64,000 nt of DNA from an uncultured Candidatus Saccharibacteria bacterium (GCA_964490395.1 CAZBAS010000001.1:211815-275814); one strand, 5' to 3'; positions 27,678 through 38,346 are shown, numbered from the stretch's first letter. Program-made: numbers and translations. Notes: generated by a model from the letters alone, not told the origin.

Positions 27678-28028
27678 TTAATGATTTTTTAATTTACTAA
27701 TCATGGAATACAGCATTCTTTGGATTTCATCTAATGTTTTCTCTGCGTTAGTGCAGTCAATATTAGTGTATCGATTCTTACTAATAATGATCTGGGTTTC
27801 GAGTTCGGCTGCTGAGGCAATCGCAATGGAGAGAAATTGGATATACTCTGGCTTATGGCCTCGTCTGCTGCCTTCGGCGATATTTGAAGGAATTGAAATA
27901 GCGGCGCGCAGCATTTGGCTTACCAAAATATATAACTCATGCTTGGGGAGTTGGTCAGAGATTTTATAAATTTCATCAACTAAATTTATAGATTTCTGCC
28001 ACACTATCAAATCTTTAAATGATTGCAT
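27678..28028 (-). CDS. four-helix-bundle protein (family of 23S rRNA intervening-sequence proteins, TIGR02436-like)
   Basis: 116 aa; FKDLIVWQKSINLVDEIYKISDQLPKHELYILVSQMLRAAISIPSNIAEGSRRGHKPEYIQFLSIAIASAAELETQI is the characteristic pattern. Confidence 0.6.
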   Translation of the reverse strand: MQSFKDLIVWQKSINLVDEIYKISDQLPKHELYILVSQMLRAAISIPSNIAEGSRRGHKPEYIQFLSIAIASAAELETQIIISKNRYTNIDCTNAEKTLDEIQRMLYSMISKLKNH

Positions 28029-28042
28029 AAGTATTTCATTAC

Positions 28043-28060
28043 TCTAACCTGTAACCTCTC
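28043..28060. repeat. 18 bp inverted repeat, right arm (ctctaacctgtaacctct)
   Basis: Perfect reverse complement of 27644-27661. Confidence 0.7.
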
Positions 28061-28070
28061 TTGCTCAAAC

Positions 28071-28619
28071 CTACTTAAGGTATTTTTTTAAATTCTCTAC
28101 ATCGCCGCCGGCCCATTTACTAACCAGGTTTCCGTTTGCGTCTATCTGCACGAAAGTGTGTTGGTATGTGATTATATATTTTTTCTTGAGTGCTGACTCG
28201 GTATCGTAGTTGGTCTTAAGAACTGTTACGCCTTGGGGAATTTGATCAAGTTTTGCTTTAAATTGCTTATCTGCTTCTACACAGAACGGACACCAATCTG
28301 CATAAAAAAACAAAACCACTTTTCTTCCATTTTTGTGCGCAGCTGTTACTGCTTCTTGTGAATAATCGGCGTAAGCTCCTGCCTGACTTATGGGCGCAGT
28401 TTCGTTTTGCTGTTGCTCTGGTGGTGGTCCAAGGTTGGTAGGGGAGGAGCCTGCGTTATTTTGGTTGGGCATGTCCTTACTGAGCATGGTAGAGCCGTCT
28501 GGCATTACCATGGTTCCCATATCTTTCGTTTCTGTTTGTGGTGGGGTTTTGGCAGTACATCCTGCGCTAAGGAGGGTGGTGGCAATGCAGATTATTAGTA
28601 ATTTATAGTTGTTTTTCAT
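28071..28619 (-). CDS. thioredoxin-family lipoprotein (thiol-disulfide oxidoreductase)
   Basis: Signal/lipobox LLSAGCTA; VVLFFYADWCPFCVEADKQF CxxC thioredoxin motif. Confidence 0.7.
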   Translation of the reverse strand: MKNNYKLLIICIATTLLSAGCTAKTPPQTETKDMGTMVMPDGSTMLSKDMPNQNNAGSSPTNLGPPPEQQQNETAPISQAGAYADYSQEAVTAAHKNGRKVVLFFYADWCPFCVEADKQFKAKLDQIPQGVTVLKTNYDTESALKKKYIITYQHTFVQIDANGNLVSKWAGGDVENLKKYLK

Positions 28620-28679
28620 ATGGTCGGTTCTTTATGCGTTCAAGAAAGCCCGTTTGCCTTAGTATGTATAGTATACCAG

Positions 28680-28706
28680 TTATCACTCTACTTGACAGAG
28701 TGCTAG
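28680..28706 (+). promoter_or_regulatory. CIRCE operator (HrcA binding site)
   Basis: TTATCACTC-tacttgaca-GAGTGCTAG versus consensus TTAGCACTC-N9-GAGTGCTAA; 22 nt upstream of hrcA. Confidence 0.7.
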
Positions 28707-28728
28707 TTTTTTTATACTCTAAATACAT

Positions 28729-29481
28729 ATGGCAGATTATCCTGAAATTACGTCCCGCCAAGCTAAGATACTCGCGGCTATAGTCAAAGAAAACTGCGAC
28801 ACTGGTGTGCCTGTGGCAAGTAAAGACTTAGTAGATAAAGACTACTTTGACCTTTCTGGTGCTAGCATTCGCAATGAAATGCAGGTGTTAGAAAAGCTTG
28901 GGTACATTCAGCAGCCGCATACTTCAGCTGGGCGAGTACCAACTGACATGGGCTTTCGCTATTTTGTGAGCGAACTCATGGAACGGGTAAAGCTGTCCAT
29001 GAAAGAGCAGGACCATTTGCGTAAGGAAGTGCTAAAGCTGCAGGCTGTAAATGTTGAGATAGGCCGCAGGCTTGCAAAGCTCCTTGCAGAAAGCAGTGAG
29101 CAAGCAAGCTTTACGCTCCTGCCAGGGCAGTCCTCTGCAGTGGGTATGGCAAATATTTTAGATAACCCCGCCCTTCCTCCAGAAGACGCAAAAGAGATAG
29201 CCCGTTTCTTTGACAACATAGACGAGCATGCAGACCAGATGATTAAAGACTACGCCGATGGTAGCCCTAAAGCGGTCATTGGTAAAGAAATTCAGCTCTC
29301 GGAAAAGTCAGACTACTCTATGATAGTTTCCGGTCTCCAGCTTCCATCGGGCAAAAAAGGTGTTATTGGTCTTATAGGACCAAAGAACATGAAGTACGAG
29401 AAGAATATGGGCCTGATGGAGTATATAGCTAAGCTTATAGGCGGCGGCGCAGCAGTAATGATATTAATGCTAATTAAGTAA
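28729..29481 (+). CDS. hrcA: heat-inducible transcription repressor HrcA (short form, 250 aa)
   Basis: N-terminal winged helix (SRQAKILAAIVKE...VASKDL), SIRNEMQVLEKLGYIQQPHTSAGRVPTDMGFRYFV signature. Confidence 0.75.
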   Translation: MADYPEITSRQAKILAAIVKENCDTGVPVASKDLVDKDYFDLSGASIRNEMQVLEKLGYIQQPHTSAGRVPTDMGFRYFVSELMERVKLSMKEQDHLRKEVLKLQAVNVEIGRRLAKLLAESSEQASFTLLPGQSSAVGMANILDNPALPPEDAKEIARFFDNIDEHADQMIKDYADGSPKAVIGKEIQLSEKSDYSMIVSGLQLPSGKKGVIGLIGPKNMKYEKNMGLMEYIAKLIGGGAAVMILMLIK

Positions 29482-29566
29482 AATTTTTAATTTTTAATTT
29501 CCAATTTTCAAAATAATACAATTGAGAATTCATTAAAAATTATAAAATTAAAAATTGAAAATTATG
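29482..29566. repeat. AT-rich inverted repeat in hrcA-grpE spacer
   Basis: aaatttttaatttttaatttccaattttcaaaat ... aaaaattataaaattaaaaattgaaaatt. Confidence 0.4.
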
Positions 29567-30097
29567 GATGATCAGATATTAGACGAAACCGAATCCTCAG
29601 AGGAAGCTTCCCATATCAGTCTGCCTCTAGAGCAACAGCTTGAAGAGGCAAAGGCTGAGGCGGAAAAAAATCTAAACGGTTGGAGGCGGAGCGAAGCTGA
29701 CTTTCGGAACTATCAGACTCGGAAAGAAGCTGAGAATAAAGATTTGGTAGATTTTGCCCGCGAGGTTGCAGTTGCGAAGCTGCTGCCCAGCCTAGATACC
29801 TTATCGCAGGCGCTGGTGCATCGGCCGCAGGTAGATAGCCCGCAGTTAACAGAAGAGTATGAGAAGTGGCAAGGCGGTTTAGATGGCTTGGTTAAGCAAT
29901 TGGATAAGGCGCTGGAAGAATTGGGTGTAAAGAAAATTGAAGCCATTGGCAAAAAGTTCGACCCGAATTTTCATGAAGCAGTTCGCGAGGTTCCAGGCGA
30001 GGAAGATGGAGTGGTAGTGGAAGAATATCAAACCGGCTTTGAACTCAATGGTAAAGTTATTCGTCCAAGCCAGGTGGCAATCTCTAAAAAGCAATAA
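29555..30097 (+). CDS. grpE: nucleotide exchange factor GrpE
   Basis: Coiled-coil N-terminus then GLDGLVKQLDKALEELGVKKIEAIGKKFDPNFHEAV core. Confidence 0.85.
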   Translation: MKIMDDQILDETESSEEASHISLPLEQQLEEAKAEAEKNLNGWRRSEADFRNYQTRKEAENKDLVDFAREVAVAKLLPSLDTLSQALVHRPQVDSPQLTEEYEKWQGGLDGLVKQLDKALEELGVKKIEAIGKKFDPNFHEAVREVPGEEDGVVVEEYQTGFELNGKVIRPSQVAISKKQ

Positions 30098-30143
30098 GTA
30101 TATAAGCGCTATATTGTAGAAGTAGCAGAAAGAAATAACCGGT

Positions 30144-30437
30144 ATGCAGATTAAGGATATGTTTGAAGTGGGGGAGATAATGGAGTGGGAAGATAAAGCA
30201 AAAGACATTAAAACGCTGAGTGCCGATGACTGCGTGATAACTGGGAAGATACTAAACAAGAACAAGATTATCTTGCACATGAAGCGCGAAAGCGACGACT
30301 CAGAAGGAAATGTCTTTGTGAAATTGCGCGATGAATTTCATGACCAGTTTACTACTTCACGGAAGTTGCTAGGCAGTAAAAAAATTATTGGTCTTTCGCT
30401 TAATCAATTCTCAAAGTTAGATATTGATGAGCTCTAG
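30144..30437 (+). CDS. hypothetical protein inserted between grpE and dnaK
   Basis: 97 aa, acidic, no recognised domain. Confidence 0.4.
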   Translation: MQIKDMFEVGEIMEWEDKAKDIKTLSADDCVITGKILNKNKIILHMKRESDDSEGNVFVKLRDEFHDQFTTSRKLLGSKKIIGLSLNQFSKLDIDEL

Positions 30438-30455
30438 ACTACGGAGAACTACACA

Positions 30456-30626
30456 TGCCGTTGCCCGATCCATTTACAGAACGTGGGGTGAATATTCCAA
30501 AAGAAGTTTTGGGAGGTTCGGTTGGCCAAGAGCCTGGCCGGTTGTGGCAGAGTAAAAATTTTAAACTTGCTGCAATTATTGCAATCTTTGCAGCGTTAGC
30601 CGGAGTTATTATTGGTCTGCTGTGAT
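30456..30626 (+). CDS. hypothetical small protein with C-terminal TM helix
   Basis: 56 aa ORF (not in the 60 aa track): MPLPDPFTERGV...LAAIIAIFAALAGVIIGLL. Confidence 0.3.
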
Positions 30627-30636
30627 GTGCGGGACA

Positions 30637-30690
30637 AGAATTACGAAGTAGATAGTATTCATGGTGCTTAGTATTTACTTCGTAATTCTT
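30637..30690. repeat. AT-rich inverted repeat upstream of dnaK (agaattacgaagta ... tacttcgtaattct)
   Basis: 14 bp arms, same GAATTACGAA family. Confidence 0.5.
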
Positions 30691-30752
30691 AACCTCACAC
30701 GCAGAGAGTAATTACATACGTTTAATATATATCACTATAAGGAGAACAATAT

Positions 30753-32648
30753 ATGAGTAAAATTATAGGTATAGATTTAGGAACTTCAAACAGTGCTGCT
30801 TCTGTTATGGAAGGTGGCAAGGCAGTTATTATCCCTGCTGCAGAAGGCGCAAGCCTTGGCGGTAAGGCATTTCCTTCCTACGTTGCGTTTACTAAAGAAG
30901 GCGAGCTTCTTGTGGGTGAACCAGCACGTCGGCAGGCAGTTACGAATCCAGATGGTACAATTTTTGAAGCAAAGCGCAAGATGGGTACTTCGTTCAAATA
31001 TAGTGTGAACGGTAAGGACTATGCGCCAGAGCAGATTAGCGCATTCATCTTACAAAAGATAAAGCGCGATGCGGAAGCCTACACCGGCGATAAAGTAGAT
31101 AAGGCTGTTATTACTGTGCCAGCGTATTTTGATGATGCTCAGCGCCAAGCTACTAAGAACGCGGGTGAAATCGCCGGTCTTGAAGTTGTTCGTGTTATAA
31201 ACGAGCCTACTGCTGCTGCATTTGCATATGGCTTGGATAAAACCTCCGCAAAAGATCAGAAGATTTTAGTGTTTGACCTTGGTGGTGGTACGTTGGATGT
31301 AACCATAATGGATTTCTCCGAAGTAGATAACCAGGCAACCTTTGAGGTGCTCTCTACTTCCGGTGACACGCAGCTTGGTGGTAAAGATATGGACGCTGCA
31401 CTCATTGGCTACATAACCGATACCTTTAAGCAGGAAAATGGCATAGACATCACTGCAGACCGCATGGCTATGAACCGTGTACGTGAAGCAGCTGAAAAGA
31501 CTAAGATAGAGCTTTCTACTACCTTAGAAACTGAGATTAATTTACCGTTCATTACAGCAGACGCAAGCGGACCAAAACACTTGCAGATGAAAATTACACG
31601 CGCGAAACTCGAAGACCTTATTAAGCCTATAGTCGAGCGCATGCGCCAGCCAGTAACCCAGGCTTTGGGTGACGCAAAACTTACTCCTCCACAAATAGAT
31701 AAGATTATTCTTATTGGCGGTCCAACTCGCATGCCCATAGTGCAGAAGTTCGTAGAAGACTTCATTGGCAAGCAGGTAGAGCGTGGTGTAGACCCTATGG
31801 AAGCTGTGGCGAAAGGTGCTGCTATCCAGGCTGGTATTTTGAGTGGTGACGTGCAAGGTAAAGAAATTTTGCTTTTGGACGTTACACCGCTTACACTTGG
31901 TCTTGAAACCATGGGCGGTATTCGTACTCCTTTGATAGACCGAAACACCACTGTGCCGACATCTAAGTCTCAAGTGTTTTCTACTGCAGCAGATAACCAG
32001 ACCTCTGTAGAGATAAACGTACTTCAGGGCGAACGCGAGTTTGCAGCAGACAATAAATCCCTTGGTAAATTCATACTCGATGGTATGCCACCAGCTCCTC
32101 GCGGTGTGCCACAGGTAGAAGTTACGTTCGATATAGACGCAAATGGTATTTTGACTGTGAAAGCAAAAGATAAAGCAAGTGGCAAAGAGCAGCACATTAC
32201 CATTCAGGGCTCTTCAAATCTTTCTAAAGATGAGGTAGAGCGCATGAAGAAAGAAGCTGAAACTCATGCCTCAGACGATAAAAAGCGTCGCGAAGTGATA
32301 GACCTCCGCAACCAGGCTGACCAGCTCATAAGCGTTTCCGAGAAGACTCTGAAGGACGCTGGCGACAAAGCCAAGGCGGAAGATAAAGCCGAAGTAGAAG
32401 AAAAGGTAAAGGCCTTAAAGGAGGTAAAGGATAAGGAAGACACTACCGCTATACAAACTGCTATGCAGGCACTTTCCGATGCTATTCAGAAAGTTGGTGC
32501 TGCTATGTATGCTGAAGCAAAGCCAGAGAGTGGACAGGGTACAGGTGACAGTGAACAGACAGGAGCTGGACAGGCTGAAGGTGGTGCGGGCGCGTCATCC
32601 GGTGATGGCAATCCAACTGTAGACGCAGAGTTTAAAGAGAAGGAATAA
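30753..32648 (+). CDS. dnaK: molecular chaperone DnaK (Hsp70)
   Basis: [37 protein letters not shown] signatures; SD AAGGAG upstream. Confidence 0.95.
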   Translation: MSKIIGIDLGTSNSAASVMEGGKAVIIPAAEGASLGGKAFPSYVAFTKEGELLVGEPARRQAVTNPDGTIFEAKRKMGTSFKYSVNGKDYAPEQISAFILQKIKRDAEAYTGDKVDKAVITVPAYFDDAQRQATKNAGEIAGLEVVRVINEPTAAAFAYGLDKTSAKDQKILVFDLGGGTLDVTIMDFSEVDNQATFEVLSTSGDTQLGGKDMDAALIGYITDTFKQENGIDITADRMAMNRVREAAEKTKIELSTTLETEINLPFITADASGPKHLQMKITRAKLEDLIKPIVERMRQPVTQALGDAKLTPPQIDKIILIGGPTRMPIVQKFVEDFIGKQVERGVDPMEAVAKGAAIQAGILSGDVQGKEILLLDVTPLTLGLETMGGIRTPLIDRNTTVPTSKSQVFSTAADNQTSVEINVLQGEREFAADNKSLGKFILDGMPPAPRGVPQVEVTFDIDANGILTVKAKDKASGKEQHITIQGSSNLSKDEVERMKKEAETHASDDKKRREVIDLRNQADQLISVSEKTLKDAGDKAKAEDKAEVEEKVKALKEVKDKEDTTAIQTAMQALSDAIQKVGAAMYAEAKPESGQGTGDSEQTGAGQAEGGAGASSGDGNPTVDAEFKEKE

Positions 32649-32893
32649 AAAACAGAGGCGGCGCGCAAGAAAGAGTTCTTGCGGGCCGCCTTGCAGCGCT
32701 GGCTTGTTAGGCCGCATCGCTTTTGTAGTTTCCCAAATTTTCCTCTCCCCGGAAGTAAGGGGCAGGTTATTAGCCTGCGGGTTGCCGCGTTAACGGCGAA
32801 ATAGGGAACTCCTTATGGAAAGCTGCGTTGATATCCTCCCTAAAGATGGAGTAATTGTTATCAGTATACAATAAATAGAAAGATATAAAACTT

Positions 32894-33190
32894 ATGAACG
32901 AAAATCAGCCCCAGGGCCAGCAAATGCAGGTAAAAGTGAGTGATGATATGCTTAAGGGCAGCTACGCTAACATGGCGCAGGTGGCGCACACTCCCGAAGA
33001 GTTTGTGGTAGACTTTATGAACCTTTTTCCACCAACTGGTGTAGTAACCGCACGCGTTATACTGAGTCCTGCCCACATGAAACGCATAGTTGCAGCGCTT
33101 CAGGAAAATGTTAAACGCTACGAAGAACAGTTTGGTGAAATAAAAGGTGGTAGCGATGTTGCACCGCATATTGGTTTTAGGACGGAATAA
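32894..33190 (+). CDS. DUF3467-like protein
   Basis: 98 aa; VSDDMLKGSYANMAQVAHTPEEFVVDF pattern matches my recollection of DUF3467. Confidence 0.5.
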   Translation: MNENQPQGQQMQVKVSDDMLKGSYANMAQVAHTPEEFVVDFMNLFPPTGVVTARVILSPAHMKRIVAALQENVKRYEEQFGEIKGGSDVAPHIGFRTE

Positions 33191-33256
33191 ATATATAACA
33201 TAAAGCATGTAACATAGAGCATGAGATTGTGCTTTGTGTTACATGATATATGCTCC

Positions 33257-34408
33257 ATGGCTAACTATTACGACATTTTAGGGGTTTCAAAATCTGCTTC
33301 TGCAGATGAAATTAAGCGTGCCTACAGAAAAAAGGCGCACGAGTTTCATCCAGACAAGGGTAGTGGTAATGAAGCCAAGTTTAAAGAGGTGAACGAGGCG
33401 TACCAGGTGCTGTCCGACCAGGGCAAGCGCAGCCAGTATGATCGGTTCGGCGATAACTATCAGTCCGCCCAATCCGCCCAGGGCGGATGGGGCGGGCAAG
33501 CGGGCGGCGCTGGGTTTAACCCATTTGAAGGTTTCGGCGGGTTTGGTGGCCAGGGCGGAGTTGAGTTTGATTTAGGTGATATTTTTTCCGATATTTTTGG
33601 CGGGCGCGAACAACGCCAGACTCGCAGAACTCGTGGGGTGGATTTAGAAATGCCACTTACCATTAGTTTTGAAGAGGCGGTGCATGGTGTGACTAAATCT
33701 GTGACTATAGAAAAACAAGATAAGTGCCATGTCTGCCAAGGTAGTGGTGCTGCACCCGGCGCAAAAGTAGTAACGTGTCCTCAGTGTCATGGGCAGGGGC
33801 AAATTATTACACAACGTCGCACCGTGTTTGGTAATATGCAGTCTGCAAGTACGTGTGACCGGTGTGATGGAGATGGTAAAATACCCGAAACTCCATGCAG
33901 TGTATGTCATGGGGGTGGAATACTGCGACGGCCAAAGACTTTAGAAGTGAAGATTCCTGCCGGCATAGATAACGGACAGCGAGTGCGTATGCAAGGCGAG
34001 GGGGAAGTGGGGTACAGGGGGTCAAATCCAGGTGACCTATACATAACCATTCGCGTAACTCCCTCAAAAGAATTTGTTCGGGACGGCCACAACCTTCACA
34101 AAGAAGTGCCCATAAGTTTCATCCAAGCTTCTCTCGGAACAAAGCTAGACGTAAAAACAATAGACGGGAACATAGAGGTAAAAGTGCCAGCTGGTACGCA
34201 GCCCGGAACTATACTTAAAGTGACTGGCAAGGGCGTGCCAATTGTAAATTCTGGTCGGCATGGCGACTTACTCCTCACAGTGAGAGTGATTATCCCTCAC
34301 AAGCTTTCCAAGCAAGAAAAAGAACTTATAGAACAACTTGCCGCTCTGAATGGCGAATCCGTAGAAGTGAACAAAAGCTTCTGGGAAAACATAAAAGACA
34401 GCTTCTAG
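33257..34408 (+). CDS. dnaJ: molecular chaperone DnaJ
   Basis: J-domain YYDILGV...HPDK, G/F-rich region, four CxxCxGxG zinc repeats. Confidence 0.92.
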   Translation: MANYYDILGVSKSASADEIKRAYRKKAHEFHPDKGSGNEAKFKEVNEAYQVLSDQGKRSQYDRFGDNYQSAQSAQGGWGGQAGGAGFNPFEGFGGFGGQGGVEFDLGDIFSDIFGGREQRQTRRTRGVDLEMPLTISFEEAVHGVTKSVTIEKQDKCHVCQGSGAAPGAKVVTCPQCHGQGQIITQRRTVFGNMQSASTCDRCDGDGKIPETPCSVCHGGGILRRPKTLEVKIPAGIDNGQRVRMQGEGEVGYRGSNPGDLYITIRVTPSKEFVRDGHNLHKEVPISFIQASLGTKLDVKTIDGNIEVKVPAGTQPGTILKVTGKGVPIVNSGRHGDLLLTVRVIIPHKLSKQEKELIEQLAALNGESVEVNKSFWENIKDSF

Positions 34409-34591
34409 TGAAGCTGTCTTCTTGTTCTGCTTGAGTTTCCTTTAGTTCAAGCCCAATACCCGATCTATTAAACCAGGATGGTGCTTTTCCATATACCCGA
34501 GAATTACTAGGGCAACGATAGCAAATAAAATTGTTATCGCAAGTATGTAAAATGCGCGGTCTTTCATGCATCTCCTTTTGCTGCTTACCTT

Positions 34592-34903
34592 TTAGTTCTC
34601 AGGCTTTAGCTCGATATAGGTCCGCGGGTCATCATCGCTACCCCAAAATGACAAACCTCCCTCAACGTATGTTGCTCTAAATTTTTGACCCACGAACTTT
34701 CCGCGGGTGGCGGGAGTATCGTACTGCAAAACCAGACCGTTTGTCGCAGTGTAGGTGGGAGGGTTGAGGGACGTGAGGGTCATAATTTGACCGTCGAACT
34801 GTTTAATTGCGGCTTCGGCCTCTTTGGGCGGTACATGGGAGCATCCAGATGCCATTAGCGCCAAGAGTATTAGGGCTATTGTGAATAGAAATAAGCGTTT
34901 CAT
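34592..34903 (-). CDS. hypothetical lipoprotein
   Basis: Signal peptide with lipobox LMASGCSH. Confidence 0.45.
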   Translation of the reverse strand: MKRLFLFTIALILLALMASGCSHVPPKEAEAAIKQFDGQIMTLTSLNPPTYTATNGLVLQYDTPATRGKFVGQKFRATYVEGGLSFWGSDDDPRTYIELKPEN

Positions 34904-35067
34904 TTTTCCTCCAGTCCATGGTGTTGGTCGAAATTATTTTCGACTACCCATTCTATATAATTATTAGAAATATTCATATATATGGAACTAAGAGTTTTAT
35001 ATATATATCCTTTATATAAAGGTTATAATAATAATTAGTCATTAATATTGACTAATTATCAGACTTT

Positions 35068-35841
35068 TTGTACCATGCGTACATGGAACAATTGTCAGAA
35101 ATTTTAGAATATTTTGCTCTGTCTAAAGTTGAAGTCGGTGTCTACCTGGCCAGCTTGCAGGTGGGGCGTGGTACAGCGTATGAAATCGCAAAAAAAGCAG
35201 GTATAAAGCGACCAACAGGATATGCAGTGGCGAGTGGTTTGGTTTCGAAGGGCTTAATGACTAGCCAGGAAGAAAAGAACAAAACGTGGTACGCACCAAT
35301 CCCACCTGCTCGTCTAATTGAAATGTGGCGAGGTCGATTAGCTGTACTTGAAGCAACTGTTCCGGATTTAAATGCACTTTATAGGACTGGAACAGAGAAG
35401 CCATTTGTACAAACATTTGAAGGCAGAATTGGCGTAGACGCGGTCTATAATGAAATGATAGGTGTTCGGGGCACAAAAGGTGATTATATTCGACTTATTA
35501 CAAACATCGCCGCTGTGCGGAGAGACTTTGATTACTTAGTTGCTCCGTGGCAGAAAGCTGCAAAAGATAAACGTAACAAGGTTCATGAGTTACTAAATAA
35601 AGGGATTGGTACACTTGAATATGCAGAGAGTATACGAGCTTTGGGTAATCCAAATTATACCCTGCGTCAAACCAAGGCAGATATATTAGGACAGGGTGAT
35701 AATTATATCTATAAAAATAAAGTAGCTATTATATCCTTAAAAAAGGAAGATTTGTTTGCGACGGTCATTGAATCCGAACAAGTAGCTAAAACATATAAGG
35801 CCTTGTTTGATATGGCTTGGGAGTCAGCAGAAGAAATATAA
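35068..35841 (+). CDS. TrmB-family transcriptional regulator-like protein
   Basis: N-terminal wHTH (GVYLASLQVGRGTAYEIAKKAGIKRPTGYAVASGLVSKGLM) and TrmB-like C-terminal domain. Confidence 0.5.
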   Translation: MYHAYMEQLSEILEYFALSKVEVGVYLASLQVGRGTAYEIAKKAGIKRPTGYAVASGLVSKGLMTSQEEKNKTWYAPIPPARLIEMWRGRLAVLEATVPDLNALYRTGTEKPFVQTFEGRIGVDAVYNEMIGVRGTKGDYIRLITNIAAVRRDFDYLVAPWQKAAKDKRNKVHELLNKGIGTLEYAESIRALGNPNYTLRQTKADILGQGDNYIYKNKVAIISLKKEDLFATVIESEQVAKTYKALFDMAWESAEEI

Positions 35842-35858
35842 GTTTTGCTTTGTTTTCT

Positions 35859-36533
35859 ATGACGCAACGAAGCCAGAACAAAGAAATTTTGGATATAGAA
35901 ATCCCTGAGCAGGGGGAGTTTTTGAAGGTGATGAAACGCTTGGCATGGCAGAACAGAGTAACGGGGAATAATTTTTTAATATATAGGTATGTCCGCAAAC
36001 TCATTGCTCACAGTACGAACGTAACTGTGGCAGATGTAGGAACTGGTTTGGGGGATATACCCGTGTATATTGCACGTAAACTAAGCCGCGATGGTATAAC
36101 TGCTTCCATTACGGGCATTGATGCAAACCCAGAAGTCCTGGAATTGGCGCGGCAACAACAGTTGCCACGGGGGGTGAGTTTTAAGCAGGAGAGTGCTGGA
36201 AGTTTTGCCGATAACTACGACATTATTATTGCTTCTCAGATGTTGCACCATATAACACCAACTGAGGCCGGGGAGTTTCTGCGTACGGCATATGCTCACG
36301 CAAAGATAGGGCTGGTTATATCAGATTTAGAACGAAGTTGGTTAGTATATGGGTTTGTTAAGTTGTTTATGTATATGACATGCGCAGACCGTATAAACAG
36401 AAATGATGGGCCGCTGTCGGTACTGCGTGCGTACTCAAATGCCGAGCTTCGAGATATACTCCACCATGCCGGTATAGAACACTACCGGATACATAGCTAT
36501 ATATTTCGAAAAATAGTTATTATCTGGAAATAA
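35859..36533 (+). CDS. class I SAM-dependent methyltransferase
   Basis: VADVGTGLGDIPVYIARKL motif I, IIIASQMLHHI motif; start taken as the Met after the upstream stop. Confidence 0.65.
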   Translation: MTQRSQNKEILDIEIPEQGEFLKVMKRLAWQNRVTGNNFLIYRYVRKLIAHSTNVTVADVGTGLGDIPVYIARKLSRDGITASITGIDANPEVLELARQQQLPRGVSFKQESAGSFADNYDIIIASQMLHHITPTEAGEFLRTAYAHAKIGLVISDLERSWLVYGFVKLFMYMTCADRINRNDGPLSVLRAYSNAELRDILHHAGIEHYRIHSYIFRKIVIIWK

Positions 36534-37395
36534 CTGAAAGAGTTACTACGGCGGCGACTACCACGCAGATGCCTACCATTTGATGGGCACGAACCTTTTC
36601 TCTATTGGCATACATACCGAGTAGCACCGCAAAAGCTATATAGGCTTCGCTTATAGCTGTTGTGAGGCCAATGGGTATAAGGCTCGCGCTTTTTATAAAG
36701 CTGCTCCAGGCTATAACATCCGCTACAGACAGCGCAAGTGCGAGTTTGGGGTTAGTGCGTATGGCTTGTATAACATGCTTCATTTTGCCGGCCACGAGCA
36801 AATATATGCCCGTACACACCGCAAGTCCCATGTAGGAAAACCAATTTGCTAGAACTGGGCTGCCAATTCTGCCGCCATACGCACTCAGAAAGTTAACCCC
36901 GGCCATAAAGAATATGGAAACGAGTGCCATGCGCACGCCTCGCTCCCAGCGAATATTTTTTAATCCCCTGAACGATTGTGCAGCAACAAGAAACATGCCG
37001 CAAACAATGACTGCTATCAATAGCAACTGTGCTGTTCCCAGGGTTTCGTGAATGACTATGTATGAAAGAAAAAGAGTGAGCGGGACTTCGAGGGCGTAGA
37101 GGGGATCTATGGTTGAGAGTTTGCCAATGCGGAGCGCTTCAAAGTCTGCCAATGCAGCAATGAGTGTTACTACGACCGTACCACAGAGCACCCATAAGAG
37201 ACTGCTCGCCCCTGACCAGAGCTGAGTGCTGGATAGGGCAGGGTAGGCAAAGGGGAATAAAACAATAGTGCCAAAAACAGAAAGGCAAAACAGAGCACCC
37301 GCATCTCCCAATTTTTTTGTACTGCGCCCAATAAAAAAGTCATCAAACGCCCACGCCACCAAGGCGACAAACGCCAGTGCAATACCTGTGTTCAT
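36520..37395 (-). CDS. EamA/DMT-superfamily transporter
   Basis: 10 predicted TM helices in two 5-TM halves. Confidence 0.6.
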   Translation of the reverse strand: MNTGIALAFVALVAWAFDDFFIGRSTKKLGDAGALFCLSVFGTIVLFPFAYPALSSTQLWSGASSLLWVLCGTVVVTLIAALADFEALRIGKLSTIDPLYALEVPLTLFLSYIVIHETLGTAQLLLIAVIVCGMFLVAAQSFRGLKNIRWERGVRMALVSIFFMAGVNFLSAYGGRIGSPVLANWFSYMGLAVCTGIYLLVAGKMKHVIQAIRTNPKLALALSVADVIAWSSFIKSASLIPIGLTTAISEAYIAFAVLLGMYANREKVRAHQMVGICVVVAAVVTLSVISR

Positions 37396-37461
37396 AGTAT
37401 TTGTAGTATACCGTATTACCGAAAGATTCTACCGTGCTAGTCATGATATACTGTTTTTACT

Positions 37462-38328
37462 ATGAATGAATCAACAGAATCCTCTCCGGTCACCGAGACC
37501 GGTCCTGTTCCGTCGGTATTCCAAAAAGTTAAAGCTCGACATTTAATAGGTTGGCTCCTGGCGACCTTTCCTATATTAATCATATATACCATATATGTTA
37601 CTGCTGCATTGTGGCAGTCAGTTGGCGTATATGTATGGGTATACGGCGTGCCTGCGCTGTGGTATTTTGTGCGGGTTCGTCCTCGGGGTGTGCGGCTGCG
37701 CGCCTTTGCAGGTCATCTTCCCGAGAGTAAGAAATGGCTTACCTATGTGTTGCTCAATGTGCCCATTTTTATGTTATCTATTGGGTCCATAATAGTCATA
37801 TACAGTCTCATAGCGCGTATAGACCCCCAAACTGTAGAGAGTCTGCTTTCTAAACCTGTTTCTGAGGTTCAGGCTGCAGTTACCTATCCCTTGTGGGCCA
37901 CCCTGCTGGAGCTCCTCGGGGCCCTTATCCTCGCCCCCATAGCGGAGGAGTTTATTTTTCGCGGTTTCCTCTTGCACCGTTTTGCTGAGAAGTGGGGGGT
38001 CGTAAAGGCAATACTAGTGGTTTCTGTTATATTCGGCGTGCTGCATATAAATTTCTTTGGGGCGGCGGCATTTTCCATGGTACTCTGCGTCGTATATTTG
38101 CACACAAAAAGCATTTGGCCTTCGGTGCTGCTTCATTTTGTAAATAACGTATTTTCGAGCTGGCCTACCCACGGTTCATCCGATGGTGCACTTCGTACTG
38201 CAGATCTCCAGCAGTCATATGTTGTAGGGTGGGTGTTTACTATAGTTGCCCTACCAATTTTGATTTGGTTTATAAAAAAGCACTGGCCCAAAAAAGATGT
38301 GGTGCTCCCGTATTTTCGTTTTTTTTAA
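37462..38328 (+). CDS. CPBP-family intramembrane metalloprotease (CAAX protease/Abi)
   Basis: EEFIFRGFLLHRF (motif 1), FGVLHINF (motif 2), HFVNN (motif 3) in polytopic membrane protein. Confidence 0.7.
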   Translation: MNESTESSPVTETGPVPSVFQKVKARHLIGWLLATFPILIIYTIYVTAALWQSVGVYVWVYGVPALWYFVRVRPRGVRLRAFAGHLPESKKWLTYVLLNVPIFMLSIGSIIVIYSLIARIDPQTVESLLSKPVSEVQAAVTYPLWATLLELLGALILAPIAEEFIFRGFLLHRFAEKWGVVKAILVVSVIFGVLHINFFGAAAFSMVLCVVYLHTKSIWPSVLLHFVNNVFSSWPTHGSSDGALRTADLQQSYVVGWVFTIVALPILIWFIKKHWPKKDVVLPYFRFF

Positions 38329-38346
38329 AGCCCTGGACTAGGGCTT

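Noticed and set aside
33195-33256. Inverted repeats (catgtaacatagagcatg ... gtgttacatgatatatgctccatg) upstream of dnaJ, considered as a second HrcA/CIRCE site
   Set aside because: The sequence does not match the CIRCE consensus and the arms are imperfect. It may simply be a processing or terminator stem after the DUF3467 gene.
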